NCBI GenBank assembly: GCA_934635045.1
Contig: CAKTZA010000008.1
Coordinates: 17,788 to 81,787, forward strand
Source of the DNA: an uncultured Kiritimatiellota bacterium
GTDB lineage: Bacteria; Verrucomicrobiota; Kiritimatiellia; RFP12; UBA1067
Length of the DNA stretch: 64,000 nt
Direction: 5' to 3'
Part shown: one piece after another, positions 1 to 9,016 of the stretch
How positions within the stretch are numbered: position 1 is the first letter of the stretch
Layout of the letters: every line of letters starts with the position of its first letter
The notes under the pieces: generated by a model
What the model was told of the DNA's origin: nothing
The model's database searches: none
The model's input: only the letters and a program-made list of their open reading frames with translations
Position numbers and translations under genes: made by a program

Positions 1-131
1 CGGAATACGAATTGCGCCCGACTGTCGACTCTGCCGCGCAGAGAACGGGGCGTGGCGATTGCGGAGGCGGGGCGGACTGTGCTATACTATCCGACATCTG
101 AAAATCATCCAATCACGACAACAAGGAAAAC

Positions 132-1511
132 ATGAAACGACTGATTCTCTCGTTGGCTGCGCTCGTGGCGGCGCAGGTCTTCGCAGGGCCGCTCGACACG
201 GCCTGGATCAAGGGCACGACGGACAAGACGCCGATCGACTACAAGGCCGGCGAGACAATGACGTTTACGCTGACGCCGCAGGACGTCGGGGAACTCGCGG
301 CGGGCGAGTGGTTCCTCGACTGGAAGCGGACGGGCGACGACGGCGTGGTCGACCAGGGCAAGGCACCCTTTGACGGGAAGACGCCGTTCACCTACGCGAC
401 GAAGATCGACAAGCCCGGCTTTGTGCGCCTCTACGCGGCGGTCGTCGACAAGGCCGGCAAGCGCTACCGCAAGCAGTTCACGGGCGACCCCAACACGCCG
501 GAAGGCAAGAAGGCGATGAACGCCTTCGAGCGCGCGAAGAAGGAGGTCTTCTTCGACGGCGGCGCGGGCGCGGACATCGAGACGCTCGCGACGCATCCGG
601 AGCCGACGGACTTCGACGCCTTCTGGGACGGGCAGTACAAGCGCCTCGACCGCGTGCCGCTGAAGGCCGAGCGCATTGAGATTCCCTGCGCGAACAAGCG
701 GGCGAAGATCTACGCGATCGAGATTCGCTGCGCGGGGCTTCGTCCGGTCACGGGCTATCTCTCGGTTCCGACGGCCGTCGCCGAGGGGAAGACGTTCCCG
801 GCGCGGCTGGAGACGCACGGATACAGCGGTGACCGCTGCACGCACGAGGCGCCGGGCTGGGCGCGCGACGACGAGATCGTGCTCAACATCAACGCACACG
901 GGCTGAAGCTCCCCGCGTTCGGCGCGACGAATGCGGACACGAAGGCCCTGCGGTGGGAGATCCGCTCGCATGACCAGGCCTACGCCTTTGACGCGAAGCA
1001 GAACGAGGATCCCGAAGTCGCCTACTTCAACGGCATGGTGCTGCGCGTGAAGCGCGCGCTCCAGTACCTGAAGACGGTCGAGGGCTGGAACGGCCGCGAC
1101 CTCATCGCGTCCGGCGGCAGCCAGGGCGGGCTCCAGACAATCTGGGCGGCCGGGTGCGGCGAGGGCGTGACGCGCGCCGAGAGCGGCATCACCTGGTGCT
1201 GCGACATGTACACGTCGGGCAAGCTCCGCAAGGACAAGTCGCTCAATCTTTCGAGCGATGGCTGGTACATTCCGTGGACGGAGGCGATGGGCTACTACGA
1301 CGCGGCGAACTTCGCGAAGCGGATTCCGGCGACGTGCCTGACGATCATCACGCGCGCGGGCCTCGGCGACTACTGCTGTCCGCCGATGGGGCTCGCGAAG
1401 CTCTGGAACAACATTCCCGGCAACAAGAAGGTCGTCTGGGTGCAGGGCTCGGAGCACGGCTACGTGCCGCCGGCCTACGAGGGGCGCGACATCGTGCGCG
1501 AGGCGAAGTAG
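132..1511 (+). CDS. Secreted acetyl-xylan esterase / cephalosporin-C deacetylase family (CE7-like) serine hydrolase with N-terminal extra domain
   Basis: N-terminal signal peptide (MKRLILSLAALVAAQVFAG). GGSQGG nucleophile-elbow motif typical of the AXE1/CE7 family. C-terminal EHG. Upstream TGCTATACT box at 80-88. Confidence 0.5.
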   Translation: MKRLILSLAALVAAQVFAGPLDTAWIKGTTDKTPIDYKAGETMTFTLTPQDVGELAAGEWFLDWKRTGDDGVVDQGKAPFDGKTPFTYATKIDKPGFVRLYAAVVDKAGKRYRKQFTGDPNTPEGKKAMNAFERAKKEVFFDGGAGADIETLATHPEPTDFDAFWDGQYKRLDRVPLKAERIEIPCANKRAKIYAIEIRCAGLRPVTGYLSVPTAVAEGKTFPARLETHGYSGDRCTHEAPGWARDDEIVLNINAHGLKLPAFGATNADTKALRWEIRSHDQAYAFDAKQNEDPEVAYFNGMVLRVKRALQYLKTVEGWNGRDLIASGGSQGGLQTIWAAGCGEGVTRAESGITWCCDMYTSGKLRKDKSLNLSSDGWYIPWTEAMGYYDAANFAKRIPATCLTIITRAGLGDYCCPPMGLAKLWNNIPGNKKVVWVQGSEHGYVPPAYEGRDIVREAK

Positions 1512-2606
1512 GTGAAGGCGCTCGTCCTCGGCAAGGGCAAGAGCGGCACGGCGGCGGCGGCTGAACTGCGCCGTCGCGGCTATGCCGTCGACTTTGCCGA
1601 GGGCTACGACCTCGTTGTCACAAGTCCGGGCGTGCCCGTCAAGAGCGAACTGCAGCTCGGCTGCGAGGAATTGAAGCGGCGCGGCTGGCAGCTGCTTGCC
1701 GTGACCGGCTCGAAGGGCAAGTCGAGCGTCGTCAAGCTGGTCGCGGACGCGATCAACCTCGCGGGCGGACGCGCCGTCCCCTGCGGCAACTACGGGCGGC
1801 CCGTCTGCGACCTCCTCGGCGAGCCGCCGGGCTGGGCGGTCGTCGAGGTCTCGTCCTTCCAGCTGGAGACGACGACGCTCGCGCCGGACACGTTCGCGGC
1901 GGCGGCCGTCCTCAACCTGCAGGAAGACCACCTCGACCGCCACGGCTCCGTCGCGGTCTATCACGGGCTCAAGCGCAAGCTGCTGGGGTTCGCGTGCCAA
2001 CGTGTGGAGCCGACGTCGGCGGCGTGCGGCTTGCATGCCCGGTGTCGACAGGAACTGCTGGCGGGGTCGTATTTCGACAACGAGATCCTGCGCGCGAACG
2101 GCATCGCGGCGATTGGGCTGATGCGCGCGGCGGGGCTGGATGACGCGCAGATTCGCCGTGCGTTCCAGTCGTTCGAGCCGCTGCCGCATCGCTTCCAGAC
2201 GGTCGCGGAAATGGACGGCGTCACCTACGTCGACGACTCGAAGGCGACGTCCGTCGCCGCGCTTGTCGCGGGCGTGAAAATGTGCGCGGGGCGCGTCCGT
2301 TTGATCGCGGGCGGGCTCCCCAAGGGCGACGATCCGAAAATCGCCCGACCCACCTTGACAGAGCGGGTCAAAAAAGTGTATCTTATCGGCCATTGCGCAG
2401 AAGCCTTTTCGGCGGCCTGGGCGGCGTCTGTGGATTGCGAGATCTGCGGGACGCTGGAACGGGCGGTCGCGCGGGCGATGTGCGAGGCGGAGAAGGGCGA
2501 GACGGTTCTGCTGTCCCCCGGAACCGCGAGTTTTGACCAGTTTAAAAGTTTCGGGGAGCGCGGGGAAGTCTTCGCGCGACTCGTCCAAAAAGGAAAGACA
2601 GAATAA
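1512..2606 (+). CDS. murD: UDP-N-acetylmuramoylalanine--D-glutamate ligase
   Basis: Mur ligase P-loop TGSKGKSS. MurD-like N-terminal domain and C-terminal domain (GHCAEAF..LLSPGTASFDQF). GTG start directly abutting upstream stop. Confidence 0.7.
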   Translation: MKALVLGKGKSGTAAAAELRRRGYAVDFAEGYDLVVTSPGVPVKSELQLGCEELKRRGWQLLAVTGSKGKSSVVKLVADAINLAGGRAVPCGNYGRPVCDLLGEPPGWAVVEVSSFQLETTTLAPDTFAAAAVLNLQEDHLDRHGSVAVYHGLKRKLLGFACQRVEPTSAACGLHARCRQELLAGSYFDNEILRANGIAAIGLMRAAGLDDAQIRRAFQSFEPLPHRFQTVAEMDGVTYVDDSKATSVAALVAGVKMCAGRVRLIAGGLPKGDDPKIARPTLTERVKKVYLIGHCAEAFSAAWAASVDCEICGTLERAVARAMCEAEKGETVLLSPGTASFDQFKSFGERGEVFARLVQKGKTE

Positions 2607-3644
2607 ATGAAGAAGCTCGGAATGGTGCTCGGTGCGGCTGCCGTCGCGGTCGTCGCCGGTTGTAAGGATCCTGATTTCAAGCGTGCGCACACGCCGTCTC
2701 AGAACGAGGTGAAGAACGCCGAACCCGTCGAGACGACGCCCCCGCCGCCTCCGCCGCAGGAGGTTCGGCCCGTCGAGGCGCCGCGTTGCGCGTGCCCGCC
2801 CGGAACGCGGCACACGAGCCCCTGCTCGTGCGGGGCGGCCGACTGCCAGTGCGTCGTGACGCCGAAGCCCGTGCAGGTGAAGCCGGTCGAGCCGGAGTAC
2901 ACGATCTACGTCGTCCAGAACGGCGACTACCTCGCGAAGATCTCGAAGAAGTACAACGTGACGATTCAGTCGATCAAGCAGCTGAACGGCCTCAAGTCCG
3001 ACCTGATTCGCGTCGGCCAGAAGCTGAAGCTGCCCGGCCGCATTGACGTCGGCGAGCAGAAGGCGCCGGTCGTCCGCAAGGCGGCGGCGACGAACGCGAA
3101 GGCCGCGTCGTCGGCTCCCTACGCGGGCGCGACGAAGGAGTACGTCGTCAAGAGCGGTGACACGCTGGGCGCAATCGCCTACGGCAACGGCATCAACATC
3201 CGCCAGCTCAAGGCGATGAACGGACTGACGAGCGACACGCTGAAGGTCGGCCAGAAGCTGAAGATCCCGGCGGAGAAGGCGGTCGCGAAGGCGGCGCCCG
3301 CGAAGCAGTCGGCGACGACGCCCGCGAAGGCGACGAAGACGGCGGAGCCGAAGGCCGTCGCGCAGACGCCTGCGACCGAACTGGCGCAGCCGGCGGTCCC
3401 CGAGGCGGCGACCCCGACGGCCGAGACGACGGCTCCGGCGACGGAGGCCCCGGCGGCTGAAGCGGCGGCGACGGCCGCGCCCGCGACGTTTGCCTACACG
3501 GTTCAGGAGGGCGAGGACATCACGGCGATCGTCGTCAAGTTCGGCGTGAGCGCGTCCGAGATCCGCGAGCTCAACAACCTCGGCGAGAGCGACACGCTCA
3601 AGGCCGGGCAGACGATCAAGCTTCCGGCCGAAGCGCAGCAGTAA
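2607..3644 (+). CDS. LysM-domain peptidoglycan-binding lipoprotein (three LysM repeats, Pro/Ala-rich linkers)
   Basis: Lipobox (VVAGC). Three LysM units (YTIYVVQNGDYLAKISKKYNV.., YVVKSGDTLGAIAYGNGI.., YTVQEGEDITAIVVKFGV..). Confidence 0.7.
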   Translation: MKKLGMVLGAAAVAVVAGCKDPDFKRAHTPSQNEVKNAEPVETTPPPPPPQEVRPVEAPRCACPPGTRHTSPCSCGAADCQCVVTPKPVQVKPVEPEYTIYVVQNGDYLAKISKKYNVTIQSIKQLNGLKSDLIRVGQKLKLPGRIDVGEQKAPVVRKAAATNAKAASSAPYAGATKEYVVKSGDTLGAIAYGNGINIRQLKAMNGLTSDTLKVGQKLKIPAEKAVAKAAPAKQSATTPAKATKTAEPKAVAQTPATELAQPAVPEAATPTAETTAPATEAPAAEAAATAAPATFAYTVQEGEDITAIVVKFGVSASEIRELNNLGESDTLKAGQTIKLPAEAQQ

Positions 3645-3650
3645 CCGTTC

Positions 3651-4814
3651 GTGCGCAAGTCCGCACTTTTCTGGTTGGGCCTGGTTGTCACGTGTCTCGT
3701 GGCGCTGGGCCTCATCGTTTTGTCGAGCGCGAGCGCGGCGAACGCGATGCGTCTCCATCACGGGGACGCCTACTTCTTCATCAAGCGCCAGTTCGCCTAC
3801 CTCGGCGTCGGCATCGTGCTCGCCGTGGGCGTCGCGCTCTTCGACTACCGGCGCTGGCGCGACCACATCTCGCTCGCGTGGCTGTTCTACGTCGCGGTAA
3901 TCGTGCTGCTCGTCGCCGTGTTCGGCTTCAAGGCGATCAACGGCTCGCACCGCTGGATCTCCGTCGGGCCGCTCCGCCTGCAGCCGAGCGAGTTCGCGAA
4001 GCTCTCGGTCGTCATCCTCCTCGCGGCGTGGCTGGACAGGCTCGGCTGGAAGGTCGAGCTCTTCTGGAAGGGGGCGTTCTGGCCGGTCGTCTTCATCGGC
4101 GGACTGGCCGTGCCGATCCTGCTGGAGCCGGACTTCGGCTCGGTCATGGTGGTCGGGTTCGCGGGCCTGCTCATGATGTTCGTCGCCGGGACGCGCCTCC
4201 GCTACCTGTTCCCCATCGGCCTGATGGGCGTGGGCGTCGTCGCCTTCAAGGTCGCGACGAACGCGAACCGCATGGCGCGGCTCGCGGCGTTCTTCGGCGG
4301 CTCGTCCGACGCGGCCGGCGCACCGGTGATGGACGCGGCGGCCAAGCGCGCGGCGTATCAGGCGAACCAGGCGCTCGCGGCGATCGGCAACAGCCAGATC
4401 TGGGGCGCGGGACTCGGCGAGTCAATGCAGAAGTACCTCTACCTGCCGGAGGCGCATACGGACTTCGTCTTCGCCGTCGGCGCGGAGGAGCTCGGCGTCG
4501 TCTTCTCCGTGGCGGTCGTGCTGCTCTTCTGCGCGTTCTTCGCGCTCTCGGTCTACATCGCCCGCAAGGCGTCCGACCGGTTCGGGCGCTTCCTCGTCGT
4601 CGGCATGGCGTTCATCATCTTCTTCCAGGCGATGTTCAACCTCGGCGTCGTCTGCAAGGCGCTGCCGACGAAGGGCATGGCCCTGCCGTTCTTCAGCTAC
4701 GGCGGCACGAACCTCCTGAGCGCGTTCTTCGCGGTCGGGACGATCCTTTCGGTCGGCATCCATTCCTACCGCGACAAGAAGCGCGCGTTTGTCAGCAAGG
4801 TGGTCATGCGATGA
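3651..4814 (+). CDS. ftsW: SEDS-family peptidoglycan glycosyltransferase FtsW/RodA
   Basis: Polytopic. SEFAKLSVVILLAAWL, PEAHTDFVFA and LPFFSYGGTNLL signature motifs of FtsW/RodA. Adjacent to murD. Confidence 0.75.
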   Translation: MRKSALFWLGLVVTCLVALGLIVLSSASAANAMRLHHGDAYFFIKRQFAYLGVGIVLAVGVALFDYRRWRDHISLAWLFYVAVIVLLVAVFGFKAINGSHRWISVGPLRLQPSEFAKLSVVILLAAWLDRLGWKVELFWKGAFWPVVFIGGLAVPILLEPDFGSVMVVGFAGLLMMFVAGTRLRYLFPIGLMGVGVVAFKVATNANRMARLAAFFGGSSDAAGAPVMDAAAKRAAYQANQALAAIGNSQIWGAGLGESMQKYLYLPEAHTDFVFAVGAEELGVVFSVAVVLLFCAFFALSVYIARKASDRFGRFLVVGMAFIIFFQAMFNLGVVCKALPTKGMALPFFSYGGTNLLSAFFAVGTILSVGIHSYRDKKRAFVSKVVMR

Positions 4815-5512
4815 CGGGGACGAGGGGGCATGAACGCGAGGAGCGTCTGCTGGCGGCCTGTCTGCTGAGCGCGGCGGGCGGTTTTACGGACGTCTACTCC
4901 TATCTCTTTCGCGGTGGCGTGTTCGCGAATGCCGTGACGGGGAACCTGGTGATCCTGGGGCTGCGGCTGGCGACGGGCGATGCCGTCGGCGCGGCGCACG
5001 GCGCGTGCGCCGTCCTGGCCTACGGCGCGGGCGTCCTGTCCGCCAATGCGATCCACGCGCGCTACGCCCATGTCCGCCGGCTGGGCTGGCATCAGGTCGT
5101 CCTCTGGATCGAGGCGGCGCTGCTGGCGGCCGTCGTCTGCCTGCCGAGCGGCCCCGGCGACTTTGCCGTCGCGGCCGTGATCTCGTTCGTCTGCGCCCTG
5201 CAGGTGCAGACGTTCCGCCGCGTCCACGGGCTCCCGTTCGCCTCGACCATGTGCACGGGCAACCTGCGGAGCGGGGCGGACGCCGTTTACCTGTGGCTGA
5301 GCCGCGCCGACCCGAAGGGGCTCTCGAAGGCGCGGCACTATGCGCTCGTCATCGTCTGCTTCGTTTCCGGCGTCGTGTGCGGCGCGCTGCTCCTGAAGGG
5401 GCTGGGCGCGCGCGCGTTCGCCCTGGTCCCGGCGACGCTGGTCGCCGTCTCGCTGCTCGTCCACCGCCGTCCGGCGGCGTGGCTGCGGTGGCTGCGCCGC
5501 CGTGCGTGCTGA
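4811..5512 (+). CDS. yoaK: YoaK/DUF1275-family inner-membrane protein
   Basis: ATGA overlap with the ftsW stop. GGFTDVYSYLFRGGVFANAVTGNLV N-terminus typical of the UPF0700/DUF1275 family. Embedded in the longer alternative-frame ORF 3692..5512. Confidence 0.55.
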   Translation: MTGTRGHEREERLLAACLLSAAGGFTDVYSYLFRGGVFANAVTGNLVILGLRLATGDAVGAAHGACAVLAYGAGVLSANAIHARYAHVRRLGWHQVVLWIEAALLAAVVCLPSGPGDFAVAAVISFVCALQVQTFRRVHGLPFASTMCTGNLRSGADAVYLWLSRADPKGLSKARHYALVIVCFVSGVVCGALLLKGLGARAFALVPATLVAVSLLVHRRPAAWLRWLRRRAC

Positions 5513-5608
5513 GGCGGCGGACGTCTGCGGCTTTCGGAGCCTTGGCGCGGCGGGGGAAGGGGGGAAGACGGTTCGCAAAATACCCCCTTGCCAAGGTCGA
5601 ACGAATAA

Positions 5609-5617
5609 TGATATACT
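5609..5617 (+). promoter_or_regulatory. Extended -10 promoter box (TGATATACT) upstream of rpsL
   Basis: TGnTATACT about 37 nt upstream of the rpsL ATG. The same motif class recurs across the window. Confidence 0.4.
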
Positions 5618-5654
5618 ATGCGAACTTGTTTGGAAAAGTAAGGAAAACAACTAA

Positions 5655-6041
<387 letters not shown>

Positions 6042-6044
6042 GCC

Positions 6045-6554
6045 ATGAGCCGCAGAGGTAAAGTCATCGTCAAGCGCGTCGTCCTCGACCCGAAGTACAA
6101 TTCGGATCTCGTCGCGCACATGATCCGCGTCATCATGAAGGACGGCAAGAAGACCGTCGCCGAGAAGATCGTCTACGGCGCGATCAACAAGATCGCCGAA
6201 AAGATGAAGGAAGAGCCGGCCAAGTTCGTGAAGGACGAGAAGCCGGTGGAGTCCCCGCTTGAGGTCGTCCAGATCGCGATCGACAACATGAAGCCGCAGG
6301 TCGAGGTCAAGACCCGCCGCGTCGGCGGCACGACCTACCCGGTGCCGACCCCGATCAAGGAGAACCGCCAGCTCTCGCTCGCCCTGCGCTGGACGACGCA
6401 GTATGCGTCGGCCCGCCACGGCATGGGCATGCCGGCTGCGGTCGCCGCCGAGATTCTCGATGCGTTCGCCGGTCAGGGCAACGTCATCAAGAAGCGCGAC
6501 GACGTTCACAAGATGGCCGCCGCCAACAAGGCGTTCGCGCATTACGCCTGGTAA
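6045..6554 (+). CDS. rpsG: 30S ribosomal protein S7
   Basis: MSRRGKVIVKRVVLDPKYNSDLV... canonical S7. Follows rpsL. Confidence 0.95.
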   Translation: MSRRGKVIVKRVVLDPKYNSDLVAHMIRVIMKDGKKTVAEKIVYGAINKIAEKMKEEPAKFVKDEKPVESPLEVVQIAIDNMKPQVEVKTRRVGGTTYPVPTPIKENRQLSLALRWTTQYASARHGMGMPAAVAAEILDAFAGQGNVIKKRDDVHKMAAANKAFAHYAW

Positions 6555-6583
6555 TCCGAAAGATTCCGCTTTTCCGCAAGCCG

Positions 6584-6628
6584 AAGGCCCTGCCGTCGTG
6601 AGGACGGCGGGGCCTTTCGCCTTTTGGG
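6584..6628 (+). terminator. Rho-independent terminator after rpsG
   Basis: GC-rich hairpin aggccctgccgtc-gtga-ggacggcggggcct followed by ttcgcctttt. Confidence 0.6.
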
Positions 6629-6666
6629 GCGGCACGGCCGGGGGGCGTTTGACCGATATCGGGTGT

Positions 6667-6678
6667 TTTTGGTATACT
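6667..6678 (+). promoter_or_regulatory. Extended -10 promoter TTTTGGTATACT upstream of rplY (about 75-nt leader)
   Basis: Motif shared with other promoters in the window. Confidence 0.45.
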
Positions 6679-6752
6679 ATCTGCCGTTTTGGCCGCAAGA
6701 GTGTAGCGCGGGTGCGCGAGAGTATTGCGGAGAATTACCAGAAAAGGCAAAA

Positions 6753-7436
6753 ATGGATCAGATTCGGATCAAGGCGGAGGCACGTACCGAACAGGGTACG
6801 GCGGCTGTCCGCCGTTTGCGCCGCGCGGGGATGATTCCCGGTTCGGTGATGAAGATGAAGAAGGGCGGCACGGAGCTCGTGAAGCTTCCGGAGCACGACT
6901 TCATGATGGCGATGCGCGGGCGCACGGGCAAGCAGGTGCTCGTCACGCTCGACATGGACGGGCGGGAAGTCCCGGCGCTTCTGCGCGAGATGCAGAACGA
7001 CGTCCTCAAGGGCACGCCCATTCACGTGGACTTCAGCGAGGTGTCGCTGTCCGAGAAGGTGCGCATCACGGTGCCGCTCTACCTCGTCGGCGAGGCGAAG
7101 GGCGTGAAGCTCGGCGGCGGCGTCCTCGAGCAGGTGCTCCGCACGATCGACATCGACGTCCTCCCGACGGACATCCCGGAGAAGTTCGACGTCGACGTGT
7201 CGGCGCTCGACCTCGACCAGACGCTGTTCGTGCGCGACCTCAAGCTCGGCGACAAGTACACGGTCGTGACGCGCGGCGAGCTGGCGCTCGCGGTCGTCAA
7301 GGCCCCGGATGACGTGCCGGCGGCGGGCGGCGCGGCGGCTGCCGCCGCGACGGACGCGGCGAAGGCGCCCGAAGTCATCAAGAAGGGCAAGGAAGAGGAG
7401 GCCGGCGCGGCCGACAAGAAGGAGGAGAAGAAGTAA
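6753..7436 (+). CDS. rplY: 50S ribosomal protein L25 / general stress protein Ctc
   Basis: MDQIRIKAEARTEQGTAAVRRLRRAGMIPGSVM...IHVDF typical of L25/Ctc. Acidic Ala/Lys-rich tail. Confidence 0.8.
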   Translation: MDQIRIKAEARTEQGTAAVRRLRRAGMIPGSVMKMKKGGTELVKLPEHDFMMAMRGRTGKQVLVTLDMDGREVPALLREMQNDVLKGTPIHVDFSEVSLSEKVRITVPLYLVGEAKGVKLGGGVLEQVLRTIDIDVLPTDIPEKFDVDVSALDLDQTLFVRDLKLGDKYTVVTRGELALAVVKAPDDVPAAGGAAAAAATDAAKAPEVIKKGKEEEAGAADKKEEKK

Positions 7437-7825
7437 TGAAGAAGTACGATGCTCTCTACATCTTCGTCGGCGTCGCCAAGGACGACGCGGTCGAAGCCCC
7501 GCTCGAGAAGGCGCTTGCGGAAGTGACGCGCCTCGGCGGCAACGTCCTGGAGAAGGTCGTCCTCGGCGGGCGCACGTTCTCGCGGCCCATGAAGAAGCGC
7601 GACCGCGGCACCTACGTGAAGGTCCGCCTCGAGCTCGACCCGGCCAAGGTCGACGAGCTCGTCAACCGCTATCACCTCGTCGAGGACGTGTTCCGCGTGC
7701 AGATTCTCGCGGTCGACGACCGCCGCGAGGCGAAGATCGCGCAGGAGCGCGCCGAACGCGCCGAGATCCAGGCGAAGAAGGACGCGGCGGCCGCTGCGGC
7801 GCTCGCTGCCAAGATCGAGGCCTGA
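7436..7825 (+). CDS. rpsF: 30S ribosomal protein S6
   Basis: S6-like fold sequence (YDALYIFVG...GGRTFSRPMKKRDRGTYV). Position in the rpsF-ssb-rpsR-rplI arrangement. Confidence 0.7.
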   Translation: MKKYDALYIFVGVAKDDAVEAPLEKALAEVTRLGGNVLEKVVLGGRTFSRPMKKRDRGTYVKVRLELDPAKVDELVNRYHLVEDVFRVQILAVDDRREAKIAQERAERAEIQAKKDAAAAAALAAKIEA

Positions 7826-7845
7826 AGCAGGAAAGGGGTGCCGAG

Positions 7846-8262
7846 ATGGCGTCTTTCAACAAAGTGATCCTGATGGGCAACCTCACGCGCGACCCGGATG
7901 TGCGCGCGACCGGCACGAGCGGCATGAAGGTCGCGCGGCTTGGCGTCGCCATCAACGAGCGGCGGAGGGACCGCAACGGCAATGTGCAGGACTTTCCCGT
8001 CTTCGTCGACGTCGACGCCTGGGACAAGCTCGCCGAACTCTGCGGGCAGTACCTGGCGAAGGGAAGTTCCGTTCTCGTCGAAGGTCGGCTCCAGATGGAC
8101 AGCTGGGAGAAGGACGGCGTCAAGCACCAGAAGCTCAAGGTCCGTGCGAACACGATCAAGTTCCTGCCGAAGGGCGACCGCTTTGCGAACGGTCCGAAAC
8201 CGGTGGCCGAACCTGTCGCGTCCGAAACGTCCGAGGGCGATTCAGCCGACATCCCGTTCTAA
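7846..8262 (+). CDS. ssb: Single-stranded DNA-binding protein
   Basis: MASFNKVILMGNLTRDPDVR...VLVEGRLQMDSWEK OB-fold SSB. C-terminal acidic DIPF tail. RBS gaaagggg. Confidence 0.85.
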   Translation: MASFNKVILMGNLTRDPDVRATGTSGMKVARLGVAINERRRDRNGNVQDFPVFVDVDAWDKLAELCGQYLAKGSSVLVEGRLQMDSWEKDGVKHQKLKVRANTIKFLPKGDRFANGPKPVAEPVASETSEGDSADIPF

Positions 8263-8292
8263 ATAACAAAACTTATCTAACAGGAAAACAAA

Positions 8293-8523
8293 ATGGCTTT
8301 CAAGAAATCCAACAGTTCGGCCGGCGAAGAGTTCGCCGCGCGGAAGCGTCCGCCGCTTCGCAAGAACGACGCGATCGACGTCAACGACATCGAGACGCTG
8401 AAGTACTACATCACCGACTACGGCAAGATCCTGCCGGCGCGCATCACGGGGGTGACCTCGCAGCAGCAGCGCCAGATCCGCCAGGGCGTCAAGCGCGCCC
8501 GCAACATGGGCCTCATGGCCTAA
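8293..8523 (+). CDS. rpsR: 30S ribosomal protein S18
   Basis: 76 aa. ...IDVNDIETLKYYITDYGKILPARITG... canonical S18. Confidence 0.9.
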   Translation: MAFKKSNSSAGEEFAARKRPPLRKNDAIDVNDIETLKYYITDYGKILPARITGVTSQQQRQIRQGVKRARNMGLMA

Positions 8524-8539
8524 GGAAAGGGGCACGACA

Positions 8540-9016
8540 ATGGCACAGCACATCGAAGTCATGCTCATGGACAACGTGAAGAAGCTCGGCAAGGCCGGCG
8601 AGATCGTCAAGGTCGCCCCCGGCTACGCCCGCAACTACCTCTTCACGAAGGGCCTCGCCGCCGTCGCGACGGAAGCCGCGAAGCGCCGCCTGAAGAAACT
8701 CGAGGCCGAGCGCGCCGCGCGCGCCGCCGAGGAGAAGAAGGCCGCGCTCGAGCTCGCCAAGAAGCTCGAGAAGCTGGAGATCACCGTCTCCGCCCACACG
8801 ACGGACGGCAAGAAGCTCTACGGCGCGGTCAGCGTCACGGACATTCTCGCGGCGATCGAGGCGAACCGCGGCGTCAAGATCGAGCGCCATCAGCTCGAGC
8901 TCGACGACGCGCTCCGCGAAGTCGGCGTCTACGAGCCGAAGATCGACCTCGGCCGTGGCGTCACGGTCAAGTTCAAGATCGTCATTCTCGACGAGGAGGC
9001 GCCGCAGGAGACGTGA
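8540..9016 (+). CDS. rplI: 50S ribosomal protein L9
   Basis: MAQHIEVMLMDNVKKLGKAGEIVKVAPGYARNYL... canonical L9. Confidence 0.9.
   Translation: MAQHIEVMLMDNVKKLGKAGEIVKVAPGYARNYLFTKGLAAVATEAAKRRLKKLEAERAARAAEEKKAALELAKKLEKLEITVSAHTTDGKKLYGAVSVTDILAAIEANRGVKIERHQLELDDALREVGVYEPKIDLGRGVTVKFKIVILDEEAPQET

Noticed and set aside
105-3950. 1281-aa minus-strand ORF and many other long minus-strand or alternative-frame ORFs (e.g. 8929..10818, 13650..16568, 24290..26482, 26307..28373, 31773..34541, 43619..46510, 54032..58618, 59862..62564)
   Set aside because: They are Arg/Ala/Gly-rich translations lying antisense to, or out of frame with, genes carrying clear conserved motifs (murD, GT2, glnS/rarA, aconitase, pckG, kinase and others). 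This is typical of stop-codon-poor alternative frames in high-GC DNA. No motifs recognised.
3692-5512. 606-aa + strand ORF spanning ftsW and yoaK
   Set aside because: The 5' two-thirds is an out-of-frame overlap of ftsW. Only the 3' part from the ATG at 4811 encodes a recognisable protein (YoaK/DUF1275).
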